A program made the position numbers and the translations under genes. A DNA stretch of 64,000 nucleotides from an uncultured Prolixibacteraceae bacterium (GTDB lineage: Bacteria; Bacteroidota; Bacteroidia; Bacteroidales; FEN-979), in assembly GCA_964429135.1 (NCBI GenBank), contig CAYSAU010000004.1, positions 31,499-95,498 on the forward strand. The letters run 5' to 3'. Below, one piece after another: positions 54,100 through 64,000 of this stretch. The notes beneath the pieces were generated by a model that saw only the letters and a program-made list of their open reading frames with translations, was not told the origin of the DNA and made no database searches. Each line of letters opens with the position of its first letter. Positions within the stretch are counted from its first letter, which is position 1.

Positions 54100-55131
54100 A
54101 TGGGTTTACTCGATTTAGTTCGGACAAAACATTACCGGAATTTTATGGCCAAATTGTATGGCTGGGGAGCAGCAGTGGTAATCATTGGTGCATTATTTAA
54201 AATCAATCATTATACCGGAGCGGATATCATGCTAATTATCGGGTTGGGAACCGAATCCATCATATTCTTTTTCTCAGCCTTCGAACCGCCGCATGTTGAA
54301 CCCGACTGGAGCCTTGTTTACCCACAGTTGGCAGGAATGTACCATAATGGTGAAATGGATCCCAATAAAGCCATCTCCAAAGGAGAGACCGTAACCCAGG
54401 AACTGGATAAAATGCTAGAGAAAGCAAAAATTGGCCCTGAACTCATTCAAAGTCTTGGAGATGGATTAAGAACCCTGACCGATACCACTTCCAAAATTTC
54501 CAACGTTGCCAATGTTTCCGTGGCCAACGATCAATATGTGAACACTTTGAAAAATGCCACAGAATCTGCCGGACAGCTTACTGATACTTACCGGAAAACT
54601 GCTCGTACTCTTGAACTGGGTGTAACGGCATCGGAAGAACAACTTAAAAATATACAGGCTTCTTCAAAAAGCGCTGCTACACTTACCCATATGTTTACGG
54701 AGGTTTCAGACTCCCTTAAAGAAGACATTCATGCCAATAAGGCCTTCTCTACCAGTATGAATAATGCCATTGCCTCCGCTAATCAATTCGTGGAAAAATA
54801 CAATGAATCTGCAAACCTGTTATCGAAAACTGCTGAAACGCTTACTGCCTCTGCTTCTGAAGGGAATAATTATAACCAGCAACTCCAGCGGATTTCTTCT
54901 AATCTTTCTGCACTTAATGCTTTATATGAACTTCATCTTCAAGGATCTAACACTCAGATGGAGACTTCGGCTAAATTCAATGACGTTTTAGCGAAATTCT
55001 CTTCAAACCTCAACGATTCAATGGCCAATACCATTAAATTTAAAGAAGAAGTTGACACTCTGACTAAAAACATTATCGCCCTTAACAAGGTCTATGGGAA
55101 CATGCTTTCCGCAATGAATGTTACCAAATAA
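54100..55131 (+). CDS. gldL: GldL (PorL) T9SS/gliding motor protein
   Basis: The N-terminus YGWGAAVVIIGALFKINHYTGADIMLIIGLGTESIIFFFSAFEP matches the two-TM GldL core. A long polar C-terminal region follows (343 aa total). Confidence 0.85.
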   Translation: MGLLDLVRTKHYRNFMAKLYGWGAAVVIIGALFKINHYTGADIMLIIGLGTESIIFFFSAFEPPHVEPDWSLVYPQLAGMYHNGEMDPNKAISKGETVTQELDKMLEKAKIGPELIQSLGDGLRTLTDTTSKISNVANVSVANDQYVNTLKNATESAGQLTDTYRKTARTLELGVTASEEQLKNIQASSKSAATLTHMFTEVSDSLKEDIHANKAFSTSMNNAIASANQFVEKYNESANLLSKTAETLTASASEGNNYNQQLQRISSNLSALNALYELHLQGSNTQMETSAKFNDVLAKFSSNLNDSMANTIKFKEEVDTLTKNIIALNKVYGNMLSAMNVTK

Positions 55132-55175
55132 CGAAGTTAAATTCTGCATTATTCACTTGTAAAATCGCAATTTAA

Positions 55176-56783
55176 ATGGCTGGATATAAAGAGACACCGA
55201 GGCAGAAGATGATTGGGATGATGTATCTCGTTTTAACTGCATTGCTCGCATTGAATGTCTCGAAACAAATCTTGGATGCATTCGTGGTTGTAAATGAGAG
55301 CATGGAAACAACCAATGTAAACTTTTCTAAAAAGCTTGACAATTCTTATACCAAATTTAAAATTCAGTACCAGTTAAATCCGAATAAGGTTGGGCCTTAC
55401 TGGGAAAAAGCCCAGAGAGCCCAGAAATTATCAAGGGATCTTGTAAATTATGTGGATAGTATTAAGTATGTTGTGATTCAGCGCACAGAGAAACTTCCCA
55501 CTCTGGAGGAAGCAAAAAAACTAAATCTGCAAAATGTTCAGCGGAAAGATAACTATGACACCCCTACCCGTTTTTTCATAGGTAGCTCCACGGATGGCTC
55601 AGCCGGGGAATCGAAAATTCTGAGGGAGAAAATTGAAACCTATAAAAAGCAGATGGTTGAACTTGTGGATGACAAGTATAAATCAACCATCAAAATAGGG
55701 ATGGATACCAAAGGTCCTTTCTATGATGCTGATGGTCAAAAGCAGAACTGGGAGATGCATAATTTTTATCGCACCATTCTGGTTGCCACGGTCACTATCC
55801 TGAATAAAATTGAAGCTGAGATCTACAATGCTGAATTTGATGTAGTCAACAATCTGTTATCTACGATTTCAGCAGAAGACTGGAAATTTGATGTGATCCG
55901 GGCAAAGGTTATCCCTAAAAGCGCGTATGTGTTTATGGGTGATGAATATCAGGCTGAAATTCTCGTTGCCGCCTATGATACCAAACAAAATCCGGATGTC
56001 CGTTACACATTCGGAGCAGATACACTAACCCCGGCGAATTTTAAAAACGCTACTCGGCTGGAAGGCTCAGAGGGAGTTGTTACCCTTAAGATGGGTGCCA
56101 ATGGTGAAGGCCTGAAACGGTTTGCTGGCATTATTAAAATTGTTAGCCCATTGGGAGATACCATGTCTTTCCATTTTAAGGATGAATTTATCGTTGCAAA
56201 ACCGATCATTACGATCTCCCCGACCAAAATGAATGTATTTTATATCGGGGTTGACAATCCTGTGGCCATCAGTGTTCCCGGAAGCCCGGAAAAGGTACTG
56301 CCAACTATTTCAGTAGGCAATATCCGTCAGGATGGGAAGGACTGGATGGTTTCTGGCTTGCCGAATTCAGCCCGGGAAGCTGTGATTACAGTTAACGCCA
56401 TTTTTTCTGGCAAATTAAAAAAAATGGGAACCTATTCAGCCAGACTAAAAACTGTTCCTGATCCCATCATCAAAATTGCCGGAAAAAATGAAGGATTTAT
56501 ATCCAAAAGCCTTGTCGCAGCAAGCCCTATTCTTGTTCCTACCATGCCCCCGGGATTTGATTTCGACCTTCATTACCAGGTCACTTCCTTTGTGTTTTCA
56601 ACTGCAACTTCAGCGGGTGAAGGAAACGATATTAAAGTTCAGGGGAACCGGCTGACTCCGGAAATATTGAAGATCATTAACAATGCCAGGAGGAATCAGA
56701 GGATTTGGTTTGATGAGATCTATGTCAAAGGCCCGGATGGCTCCCGTAAAGTTAATACAAACCTCAGTTTGAAATTAAACTGA
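55176..56783 (+). CDS. gldM: GldM (PorM) T9SS/gliding motor protein
   Basis: The N-terminus KETPRQKMIGMMYLVLTALLALNVSKQILDAF matches the conserved GldM start. 535 aa with a periplasmic multi-domain body. Confidence 0.9.
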   Translation: MAGYKETPRQKMIGMMYLVLTALLALNVSKQILDAFVVVNESMETTNVNFSKKLDNSYTKFKIQYQLNPNKVGPYWEKAQRAQKLSRDLVNYVDSIKYVVIQRTEKLPTLEEAKKLNLQNVQRKDNYDTPTRFFIGSSTDGSAGESKILREKIETYKKQMVELVDDKYKSTIKIGMDTKGPFYDADGQKQNWEMHNFYRTILVATVTILNKIEAEIYNAEFDVVNNLLSTISAEDWKFDVIRAKVIPKSAYVFMGDEYQAEILVAAYDTKQNPDVRYTFGADTLTPANFKNATRLEGSEGVVTLKMGANGEGLKRFAGIIKIVSPLGDTMSFHFKDEFIVAKPIITISPTKMNVFYIGVDNPVAISVPGSPEKVLPTISVGNIRQDGKDWMVSGLPNSAREAVITVNAIFSGKLKKMGTYSARLKTVPDPIIKIAGKNEGFISKSLVAASPILVPTMPPGFDFDLHYQVTSFVFSTATSAGEGNDIKVQGNRLTPEILKIINNARRNQRIWFDEIYVKGPDGSRKVNTNLSLKLN

Positions 56784-56804
56784 TAATATCCAATCGGAGG
56801 CAAT

Positions 56805-57662
56805 ATGAAAAATGCACTGTTCTTGGTTTTAGTATTCGTTTTTTTAGCGGGTATCAAACAAACGGCTTATTCCCAGGTTCTGGAAGGACCACCAAGGGAT
56901 GGAGTTTATGATAAAACAGCCATTACTCAGGTTCAACCTATTCCCTACCCCTATCTCAGGGAAGCTGATATTGTCTGGACCAAAAGAATCTGGCGTGTCC
57001 TGGATATGCGGGAGAAAATGAATCAACCCTTCTACTTCCCCGAACGGGCACAGAACAACTGGCGCAGTTTTGTCCAGATTATCATCGATGGATTAAAAGA
57101 AGGTGTGATCACCGCATATTCTTCAGAATCAGATCAATTTCTTTATCCACTAACTCCCAATGAAGTGATGGACAAGCTTAGCAGTGTTGATTCTGTAAAA
57201 CTCCCCAGGCCAGATAATCCGGATATTATGTATGATACAGTCATAAAAACGGAGTTTGAATCTGCAAATGTTAAAAAATTCAGGATTAAAGAAGATTTCT
57301 ATTTTGACAAACAAAGATCTGTTTTTGAGGTCAGAATACTTGGGATAGGTCCGGTGATCGATGTAAACGATAAAGTTACAGGAGAAAAGCGTTTTGAGAA
57401 AACCCTGTTTTGGATTTATTTTCCCGAATGCCGTCAGCTTTTTGCACGCAGCGAAATGTTTAACCTGAAAAATGGCTCAGCCGGCAGATTGAGTTATGAT
57501 GACGTGTTCATGAAAAGGATGTTCTCCAGTTATATCTATAAGGAAGAAAATGTTTATGATCGCGCCATCGTTGAATATGCAACCGGTGTTGATGCCCTGC
57601 TTGAAGCAGAAAAAGCAAAAACAAACCTTTTTGAGTGGGAACAAAATCTCTGGGAGTACTAA
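56805..57662 (+). CDS. gldN: GldN (PorN) T9SS/gliding periplasmic ring protein
   Basis: 285 aa with a signal peptide. It occupies the conserved position after gldM, with family-typical segments (READIVWTKRIWRVLDMREKMNQPFYFP). Confidence 0.85.
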   Translation: MKNALFLVLVFVFLAGIKQTAYSQVLEGPPRDGVYDKTAITQVQPIPYPYLREADIVWTKRIWRVLDMREKMNQPFYFPERAQNNWRSFVQIIIDGLKEGVITAYSSESDQFLYPLTPNEVMDKLSSVDSVKLPRPDNPDIMYDTVIKTEFESANVKKFRIKEDFYFDKQRSVFEVRILGIGPVIDVNDKVTGEKRFEKTLFWIYFPECRQLFARSEMFNLKNGSAGRLSYDDVFMKRMFSSYIYKEENVYDRAIVEYATGVDALLEAEKAKTNLFEWEQNLWEY

Positions 57663-57680
57663 TTTTCTCTCCCGGACTCT

Positions 57681-59786
57681 ATGTCGTCCTTTTTTCTTGA
57701 AACTCCGATAGAATACCTCAAAGGGGTTGGCCCAGCCAGAGCCGAAGTACTAAAATCAGAGGTCAGTGTTTTTACTTTCGCGGACCTTCTCACTTTTTTT
57801 CCATTTCGTTATGTTGACCGAAGCAGGTTTTATCTGATTTCTGATATCAGGGATGAGTCAACCTATATTCAACTGAAAGTTAAGCTCGAAAACAAGCAGT
57901 CTGTCGGAAAACTCCATGCACAAAGGCTGATCGCAACGGTGAGGGATGAGAGCGGAATGATTGAACTGGTTTGGTTCCAGGGAGGGAAATGGATTTCCGA
58001 CAGACTCATCATGGGTAAGGAATATATTGTATTTGGTAAACCGACTTTCTTCAAGGGTCAGTGGAACATTCCACATCCTGAGATTGAAGTCCCTACCGAT
58101 GAACCGATTCCCCTGAACGAAACCATGCGTCCCATCTACCGTTCTACCGAAAAATTAAAATCCAAAGGATTGGATTATAAAGGCTTGGGGAAGTTGTTGA
58201 AAACCCTTATGTTGAATGAGAAATTTCATGTGCCTGAAAATCTTACGGCAACAATCCTGAAGGAGTTGAAGCTGATGAGCCGTCAGGAGGCTTTTATCAA
58301 TATTCATTTTCCTTCCAGCCCGGAAACTTTAAAGCGCGCCCAGGCAAGACTTAAATTTGAAGAATTATTTTTCATTCAGTTACGACTGATGAAACACCGT
58401 TATGGCCGCCTGGAAAAGAAGTCAGGACATGTGTTTTCAAATGTTGGAGATTACCTCAATCATTTTTATCGACAGCATCTAACTTTCGATCTCACCAATG
58501 CACAAAAAAGGGTGATTAAAGAGATCCGCCATGATCTTGGGTCGGGAACCCAGATGAACCGTTTGCTTCAGGGAGATGTGGGAAGCGGCAAAACACTGGT
58601 TGCCCTAATGACTATGTTGATCGCTCTTGACAATGGATACCAGGCTTGCCTGATGGCCCCGACGGAAATACTGGCACAGCAACATTTCAATACGATTTCG
58701 GGTCTGCTTTCCGGAATGAAAATTGTCCTTGGACTGCTTACCGGAGCGACAAAGCCCCAAGCCAGGGAAACGATCACAGAAAACTTGAAGAACGGTGTTC
58801 TTCAGATTTTGATCGGAACCCATGCTTTGATTGAAGATCCGGTCAGATTCAGGCATCTTGGATTGGTGGTTATAGATGAACAACACCGATTCGGAGTGGC
58901 ACAAAGGGCAAAGTTGTGGGAGAAAAACACCATGGCTCCACATGTTTTGGTGATGACCGCAACACCTATCCCCCGAACTCTCGCCATGACCCTTTATGGT
59001 GATCTTGATGTTTCCATTATTGACGAAATGCCTCCTGGTAGAAAGGGAATCATCACCCGTTTTGTGGCGGAACATGATCGCTTGAAAGTGTATGGTTTTG
59101 TCCGTCAGAAAATTAAAGAAGGCCGCCAGGTGTACATTGTTTACCCCCTGATCATGGAATCGGAAACTCTGGACCTTAAAAATCTCAAGGAAGGATATAC
59201 TCAAATCATCAAAGAATTTCCCCCTCCGGAATATACGGTTTGCATGGTTCATGGTAAGATGAAACCCCGTGAAAAAAATGAAGCCATGCAACGATTTCTT
59301 AACCATGAAGCTCAGATCATGGTTGCCACTACAGTCATTGAAGTCGGGGTAGATGTGCCAAACGCTTCAGTGATGCTGATTGAAAACGCAGAACGTTTTG
59401 GCCTTTCTCAACTTCACCAGTTACGCGGAAGAGTGGGAAGAGGAAGCGACCAGTCCTATTGCATTCTGATGTCATCAGAAAATATCGGGATAGATGCAAG
59501 AAAACGTATCTCCACAATGGTGAAAACACATGATGGATTCGAAATAGCCGAAGCGGACCTCCGGTTACGGGGACCAGGAGATCTGCAGGGAACCCAACAA
59601 AGCGGAATACTCGATTTGCGTATTGCCGATATTGTGGAAGATGAAAAAATCCTGAAATTTGCCAGAAAACTAGCCGAAGAGATCATTCAGTCTGATCCGT
59701 ACCTGCATGACAAAAACAACCTTGTCCTGCGCTCCCATCTTCAAAGCATGGATAAGCATCACCAAAATTGGGGGCTAATCTCTTAG
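57681..59786 (+). CDS. recG: ATP-dependent DNA helicase RecG
   Basis: 701 aa with a wedge/OB N-terminus, Walker A (GDVGSGKT), the DEQH box (VIDEQHRFG) and the TRG motif region. Confidence 0.95.
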   Translation: MSSFFLETPIEYLKGVGPARAEVLKSEVSVFTFADLLTFFPFRYVDRSRFYLISDIRDESTYIQLKVKLENKQSVGKLHAQRLIATVRDESGMIELVWFQGGKWISDRLIMGKEYIVFGKPTFFKGQWNIPHPEIEVPTDEPIPLNETMRPIYRSTEKLKSKGLDYKGLGKLLKTLMLNEKFHVPENLTATILKELKLMSRQEAFINIHFPSSPETLKRAQARLKFEELFFIQLRLMKHRYGRLEKKSGHVFSNVGDYLNHFYRQHLTFDLTNAQKRVIKEIRHDLGSGTQMNRLLQGDVGSGKTLVALMTMLIALDNGYQACLMAPTEILAQQHFNTISGLLSGMKIVLGLLTGATKPQARETITENLKNGVLQILIGTHALIEDPVRFRHLGLVVIDEQHRFGVAQRAKLWEKNTMAPHVLVMTATPIPRTLAMTLYGDLDVSIIDEMPPGRKGIITRFVAEHDRLKVYGFVRQKIKEGRQVYIVYPLIMESETLDLKNLKEGYTQIIKEFPPPEYTVCMVHGKMKPREKNEAMQRFLNHEAQIMVATTVIEVGVDVPNASVMLIENAERFGLSQLHQLRGRVGRGSDQSYCILMSSENIGIDARKRISTMVKTHDGFEIAEADLRLRGPGDLQGTQQSGILDLRIADIVEDEKILKFARKLAEEIIQSDPYLHDKNNLVLRSHLQSMDKHHQNWGLIS

Positions 59787-59805
59787 ATTGATCGCGATAT
59801 TTTAC

Positions 59806-59813
59806 TACATTTG
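59806..59813 (+). promoter_or_regulatory. Candidate -7 box TACATTTG for pheT
   Basis: Matches TAnnTTTG and lies 22 nt upstream of the ATG at 59835. Confidence 0.45.
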
Positions 59814-59834
59814 CCCCTTAAATTTCACTAACAA

Positions 59835-62357
59835 ATGAAAATTGCCTTAAGTTGGCTTAAACAGTATATCCACCTTGATCATTCCCCTGAAAAAATCAGT
59901 GAATTGTTGACGGGCTGCGGACTGGAAGTTGAAGGAGTAGAAACTTTCCAGTCAGTAAAAGGGGGATTGGAAGGAGTAGTGGTCGGCGAGGTTATTCATT
60001 GTGAAAAACACCCGAATTCCGATCATTTGAGTTTGACACTGGTCAACATCGGGAAAGAAGAACCCTTGAAAATTGTTTGTGGGGCATCCAATGTTGCCAT
60101 TGGCCAGAAAGTTGCTGTAGCTACAATTGGAACCACACTGTATTTTAAAGAAAAGGAAATCACACTACAAAAAACGAAAATCCGGGGTGAAGTTTCTGAA
60201 GGTATGATTTGTGCCGAAGATGAACTTGGACTTGGTTCTTCCCATGAGGGAATCATGATCCTTGACCCTGAGGCTAAAGTCGGCATGCCTGCTTCTTCTT
60301 ATTTCAACATTCTGGAAGATGTAGTGTTTTCTATCGGATTAACTCCAAACCGCGCAGATGCCACTTCCCATATTGGCGTGGCCAGAGATCTTGTAGCAGT
60401 GCTTAATAATTTCGGCTGTTCAGAACCTCAGCCCGGAAACCGGAAATCTTTGATACTTCCCGATATTTCTGAATTCAAGCGGGATACTCAGGCTAGAAAA
60501 ATTTCTATTCAGGTTGAAGATACAGCTTCCTGTCCCAGATATTCAGGTTTGACTCTCACCGGAGTAACAGTTAAAGAATCACCCTCCTGGTTGAAAAACA
60601 AACTCCTGTCGGTTGGACTCCGCCCCATCAACAATATTGTTGATGTGACCAATTATGTGCTGATGGAAACAGGACAACCACTTCATGCTTTCGATGCGGA
60701 TAAGATCACCGGAGACAAGGTGATTGTAAAAAAATGTCAGAAAGGCACAAAATTTACCACATTGGATGGTATTGAAAGGGAACTTACCGGAAATGATCTG
60801 ATGATTTGTAATATCCAAGAACCCATGTGCATTGCCGGAGTTTTTGGCGGGACAAAATCCGGTGTTGTTTTTGAAACAAAAAATATCTTCCTCGAAAGTG
60901 CCTACTTTTTCCCTACCGGCATTCGCAGGACAGCCCGCCACCATGGCTTACAAACTGACGCTTCCTTCCGCTTCGAAAGGGGAACCGATCCCGAGATTAC
61001 CCTTTTTGCCTTGCAACGTGCTGCATTGTTGATCAGGGAGATTGCCGGAGGCGTGATCTCATCCGACATGGTGGATGTATATCCTCAGCCTGTCATACAA
61101 AAAAAGGTTGAACTTTTTTTTAATCATCTGGATAACCTGATCGGTAAGAAACTTGAGCCAAAGGTAGTGGTCGATATCCTTCATGATCTTGGCATGAAGG
61201 TAAAACTTGACTATGATTCATCTACTGACATCTGCTATCCTTGTCCTGCCGGATGGCAAGCGCCATCTTCCATATGGGTAAGCATTCCTCCGTATAAAAC
61301 GGATGTGACCCGTGAAGCTGATCTGATAGAAGAAATTTTGCGAATTTATGGCTACAATAATATTGAAATTTCATCGGAAATAAAATCTTCCATCTCTTAT
61401 TCAAGGAAACCAGATCCGGATAAAATTCAAAACCTGGTTTCGGAATATTTGGTTGGAAACGGTTTTATGGAGATTATGAACAATTCCCTGAATCCTTCCT
61501 CTTACTATGCCGGAAATGAATGGTTTAGTTTGAATTTATGTGTGAATATCCTGAATCCCATCAGCCGTGATCTTGATGTTTTACGCCAAACTCTTTTATT
61601 TGGCGGACTGGAGACCATATTATATAACCAGAACAGGAAAGCAGAGAATCTTAGATTATTCGAATTTGGAAATGTTTATCGTAAAGCGATTTCAGGGGAT
61701 AAAGATAATAGCTTGCCAGCCTATCATGAGGAAAAACACCTGGCTTTGTTTTTAACAGGGTTGTCAAACGCAGAAAGTTGGAATACTAAACCCGAAAACA
61801 TTGATTTTTTCCTGCTTAAAGGATATATCCAGGCTATTCTGGCCAAACTCGGCATAGTCATGGAAAGCCTGGTTATAGATGATTTTCGGTCTTCAATGAT
61901 CCCTGAGGGTTTATGTTTTTCATCTGGAGAGGAAAAACTTGTTATTTGCGGTTTCCTTTCGGAATCTGTCCTGAAACTATTTGATCGCCGACAGCCTGTG
62001 CTCTATGCTGAGTTTAACTGGGATAGGGTACTCGGTCAAATACCAAAGAAAATGCTGCGTTTCAGGGAATTGCCTAAATTTCCCGAAGTCAGGCGTGATC
62101 TGGCTTTGCTTGTTGATCAGTCTGTGTCTTTTAACCAGATTAAACAGACTGTTTTTGAGGCAGAAAAGAAAGTGCTTAAAAAAGTCGGTTTGTTTGATGT
62201 TTATGAAGGAGAGAAAATTGATGCAGGGAAGAAATCTTATGCCATCCACTTGATGCTGCAAGATGAGTCAAAAACATTAACAGATAAAGAAATTGAAAAA
62301 GTCATTCAAAAAATAATTCAAGTACTGACAGAGAAACTCAAGGTGCAAATCAGATAA
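59835..62357 (+). CDS. pheT: Phenylalanine--tRNA ligase beta subunit
   Basis: 840 aa with an N-terminal tRNA-binding OB domain (KHPNSDHLSL...KIRGEVSEGMICAEDELG), B3/4 and B5 domains, and a C-terminal FDX-ACB domain. Confidence 0.95.
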   Translation: MKIALSWLKQYIHLDHSPEKISELLTGCGLEVEGVETFQSVKGGLEGVVVGEVIHCEKHPNSDHLSLTLVNIGKEEPLKIVCGASNVAIGQKVAVATIGTTLYFKEKEITLQKTKIRGEVSEGMICAEDELGLGSSHEGIMILDPEAKVGMPASSYFNILEDVVFSIGLTPNRADATSHIGVARDLVAVLNNFGCSEPQPGNRKSLILPDISEFKRDTQARKISIQVEDTASCPRYSGLTLTGVTVKESPSWLKNKLLSVGLRPINNIVDVTNYVLMETGQPLHAFDADKITGDKVIVKKCQKGTKFTTLDGIERELTGNDLMICNIQEPMCIAGVFGGTKSGVVFETKNIFLESAYFFPTGIRRTARHHGLQTDASFRFERGTDPEITLFALQRAALLIREIAGGVISSDMVDVYPQPVIQKKVELFFNHLDNLIGKKLEPKVVVDILHDLGMKVKLDYDSSTDICYPCPAGWQAPSSIWVSIPPYKTDVTREADLIEEILRIYGYNNIEISSEIKSSISYSRKPDPDKIQNLVSEYLVGNGFMEIMNNSLNPSSYYAGNEWFSLNLCVNILNPISRDLDVLRQTLLFGGLETILYNQNRKAENLRLFEFGNVYRKAISGDKDNSLPAYHEEKHLALFLTGLSNAESWNTKPENIDFFLLKGYIQAILAKLGIVMESLVIDDFRSSMIPEGLCFSSGEEKLVICGFLSESVLKLFDRRQPVLYAEFNWDRVLGQIPKKMLRFRELPKFPEVRRDLALLVDQSVSFNQIKQTVFEAEKKVLKKVGLFDVYEGEKIDAGKKSYAIHLMLQDESKTLTDKEIEKVIQKIIQVLTEKLKVQIR

Positions 62358-62375
62358 ACAAATCCGAATCTAATT

Positions 62376-64000
62376 ATGACAACAAAAAATGAAATCAAGT
62401 ATTCCATCGGTCCGAATGGAGAAAAATTCATGCTTCCTGCCGCGACAGCGTATTCAAAAGAATTAAAGCGTATTGAAAAACTGGTCGTGCAGGCCAGGAA
62501 AGAAAAGAAAGAAATAGTGGTGGTGATGGGCCTTGGTTTTGTGGGGGCGGTCATGGCTGCCATCGTGGCCGATACGAAAGATAAAAAAGGGAAAAACAGT
62601 AAACTGGTAATCGGATGCCAGCGTCCCAGTATCAGGAGTTACTGGAAAATTGAAATGATCAATAAGGGGGAATCCCCTGTTAAAGCTGAAGATCCTGAGG
62701 TAGATGTCTTGATACATCGTTGTGTGATTAAGTCTAAAACACTAGTGGCAACGTATAACAGCGATTGTCTGAAATTTGCCGACTGTGTGGTAGTTGATGT
62801 ACAATGTGATTTTTCCAAAAAACAACTTGGAAACATGAAGTCGGGTGAAGCCGATATGGCTGCTCTGGAGGATACCATGAAAACCATAGGGGATAAAATC
62901 CCACCCGAATGCCTAGTATTGATAGAAACCACTGTGGCTCCGGGGACTACGGAATTTGTAGCCTGGCCGATCCTGAAAAAAGCTTTCAATAAACGAGGGA
63001 TTAAGAAGACTCCGCTTCTGGCTCATAGTTTTGAAAGGGTTATGCCGGGGAAGGATTATGTAGCCTCAATTCGTGATTTCTGGAGGGTTTGCTCAGGGTG
63101 TGACCCAGAGGCAAGAAGCAGAGTGGAAAAATTTCTTCATGAAGTTTTGAATACAAAAGATTTTCCACTTACTGTCATGGATCGCCCCATTGAATCTGAA
63201 ACAACCAAGATCATAGAAAATTCTTACCGTGCAACTATTCTTGCCTTTTTGAATGAATGGAGTCTTTTTTCAGAGCGAAACGGAGTGGACCTCATCAAGG
63301 TGATCAAAGCCATAAAAATGCGTCCGACTCATAGTAATATTATATTTCCGGGACCCGGGATCGGAGGTTATTGTTTGCCGAAAGATGGTGGATTGGGTTA
63401 TTGGTCATATAAGCATATTTTGGGATTTGAAGATGGAGACAAAATATTTAAATTAACTCCCACAGCCATTGATATCAATGACACCCGAGGACTTCATGTT
63501 GCTGAGCTGACCCGTGATGCGCTACGTAATATGGGGCGTTATATTGCCGGTGCTGAAGTCCTGATTTGTGGTGCTTCTTACCGACAGGATGTTGGTGATA
63601 CCCGGTACAGCGGCAGTGAAATGGTTGTACGAAAACTGTCGGAGATGAGTGCAGAGATTAGGGTACATGATCCTTATGTGGATCATTGGTACGAACTTGA
63701 AGACCAGGAAGAATACCCTGCCCCCGGTTCTTCCTGGAAAAGGTTTTTTCGCAACCAGGATAATCTTAAAAATGCCGTAGTACAGAAAGATTTGAAAAAG
63801 GCATTAAAGGGCGTAGAGGTGATGATCCTAGCCGTTCCGCATTCCGATTACCTTGACCTCAACCCTGATGATATTGTGAAGTGGGCCGGCGGTCCCATCG
63901 CTGTCGTGGATGCCTTTGGCATTCTGACAGATGAAAAAATTTGCCGTTATTTTGAACTGGGATGTGAAGTGAAAGCCCTGGGTCGTGGTCATCTTGCAAG
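62376..64000 (+). CDS. Nucleotide-sugar dehydrogenase (UDP-glucose/GDP-mannose dehydrogenase family), 3'-truncated by window edge
   Basis: Not in the ORF track because no stop occurs before the window end. I translated it by hand with no stops from the ATG at 62376. It has a Rossmann motif (VVMGLGFVGAVMA) that begins only at about aa 48, plus ETTVAPGTT, ERVMPG, ENSYRA and the catalytic GGYCLPKD. Confidence 0.85.
   Translation, partial: MTTKNEIKYSIGPNGEKFMLPAATAYSKELKRIEKLVVQARKEKKEIVVVMGLGFVGAVMAAIVADTKDKKGKNSKLVIGCQRPSIRSYWKIEMINKGESPVKAEDPEVDVLIHRCVIKSKTLVATYNSDCLKFADCVVVDVQCDFSKKQLGNMKSGEADMAALEDTMKTIGDKIPPECLVLIETTVAPGTTEFVAWPILKKAFNKRGIKKTPLLAHSFERVMPGKDYVASIRDFWRVCSGCDPEARSRVEKFLHEVLNTKDFPLTVMDRPIESETTKIIENSYRATILAFLNEWSLFSERNGVDLIKVIKAIKMRPTHSNIIFPGPGIGGYCLPKDGGLGYWSYKHILGFEDGDKIFKLTPTAIDINDTRGLHVAELTRDALRNMGRYIAGAEVLICGASYRQDVGDTRYSGSEMVVRKLSEMSAEIRVHDPYVDHWYELEDQEEYPAPGSSWKRFFRNQDNLKNAVVQKDLKKALKGVEVMILAVPHSDYLDLNPDDIVKWAGGPIAVVDAFGILTDEKICRYFELGCEVKALGRGHLA

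Noticed and set aside
58605-59306. A 233-aa ORF antisense to recG, plus many other 60-125 aa ORFs antisense or out of frame inside large genes (for example 5314-5673, 5974-6333, 35839-36216, 38847-39209, 40877-41287, 41757-42146, 44162-44563, 60579-60944, 62639-62989).
   Set aside because: Each lies entirely within a gene that has strong family-level motif support on the other strand or frame. Their translations are low-complexity or compositionally odd, with no recognisable motifs and no promoter box or independent start context. They are most simply chance ORFs.

Overview
Gene-dense (roughly 95% coding) chromosomal segment that looks like Bacteroidota, probably an anaerobic, amino-acid-fermenting lineage with a type IX secretion system (T9SS) and gliding apparatus. 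Supporting evidence: porP/sprF-gldK-gldL-gldM-gldN, a sprE/porW-like TPR lipoprotein, two proteins with T9SS C-terminal sorting domains, a PorV/PorQ-like barrel, TAnnTTTG -7 promoter boxes 20-100 nt upstream of start codons, ptb/buk and a tryptophanase. I support about 50 protein genes, mostly housekeeping: ahcY, greA, purF, fabD, folE, dxr, rseP, recG, pheT, galE and rfbB, plus an RND efflux set, two TetR regulators and an ECF sigma pair. By eye I found no rRNA or tRNA genes, CRISPR array, transposase, integrase or long repeat, and no intergenic gap exceeds about 190 nt. The best candidate for an undescribed system is the three-gene outer-membrane operon at 1274-10467. It encodes an oversized TonB-dependent-receptor-like barrel, a 1435-1453 aa orphan T9SS cargo protein, and a dedicated PorV/PorQ-like barrel, and it ends at the clearest intrinsic terminator in the window. 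Secondary items are a NifS-like/SelD fusion translationally coupled to selU, a sprE-bactofilin-AtpZ-like operon with no ATP synthase genes, two COG0720 paralogs with different catalytic-motif spacing, a ptb-permease-buk arrangement, and three convergent gene pairs with zero or negative spacing. All functional calls come from reading the translated ORFs and remembered family motifs. No database search was run.
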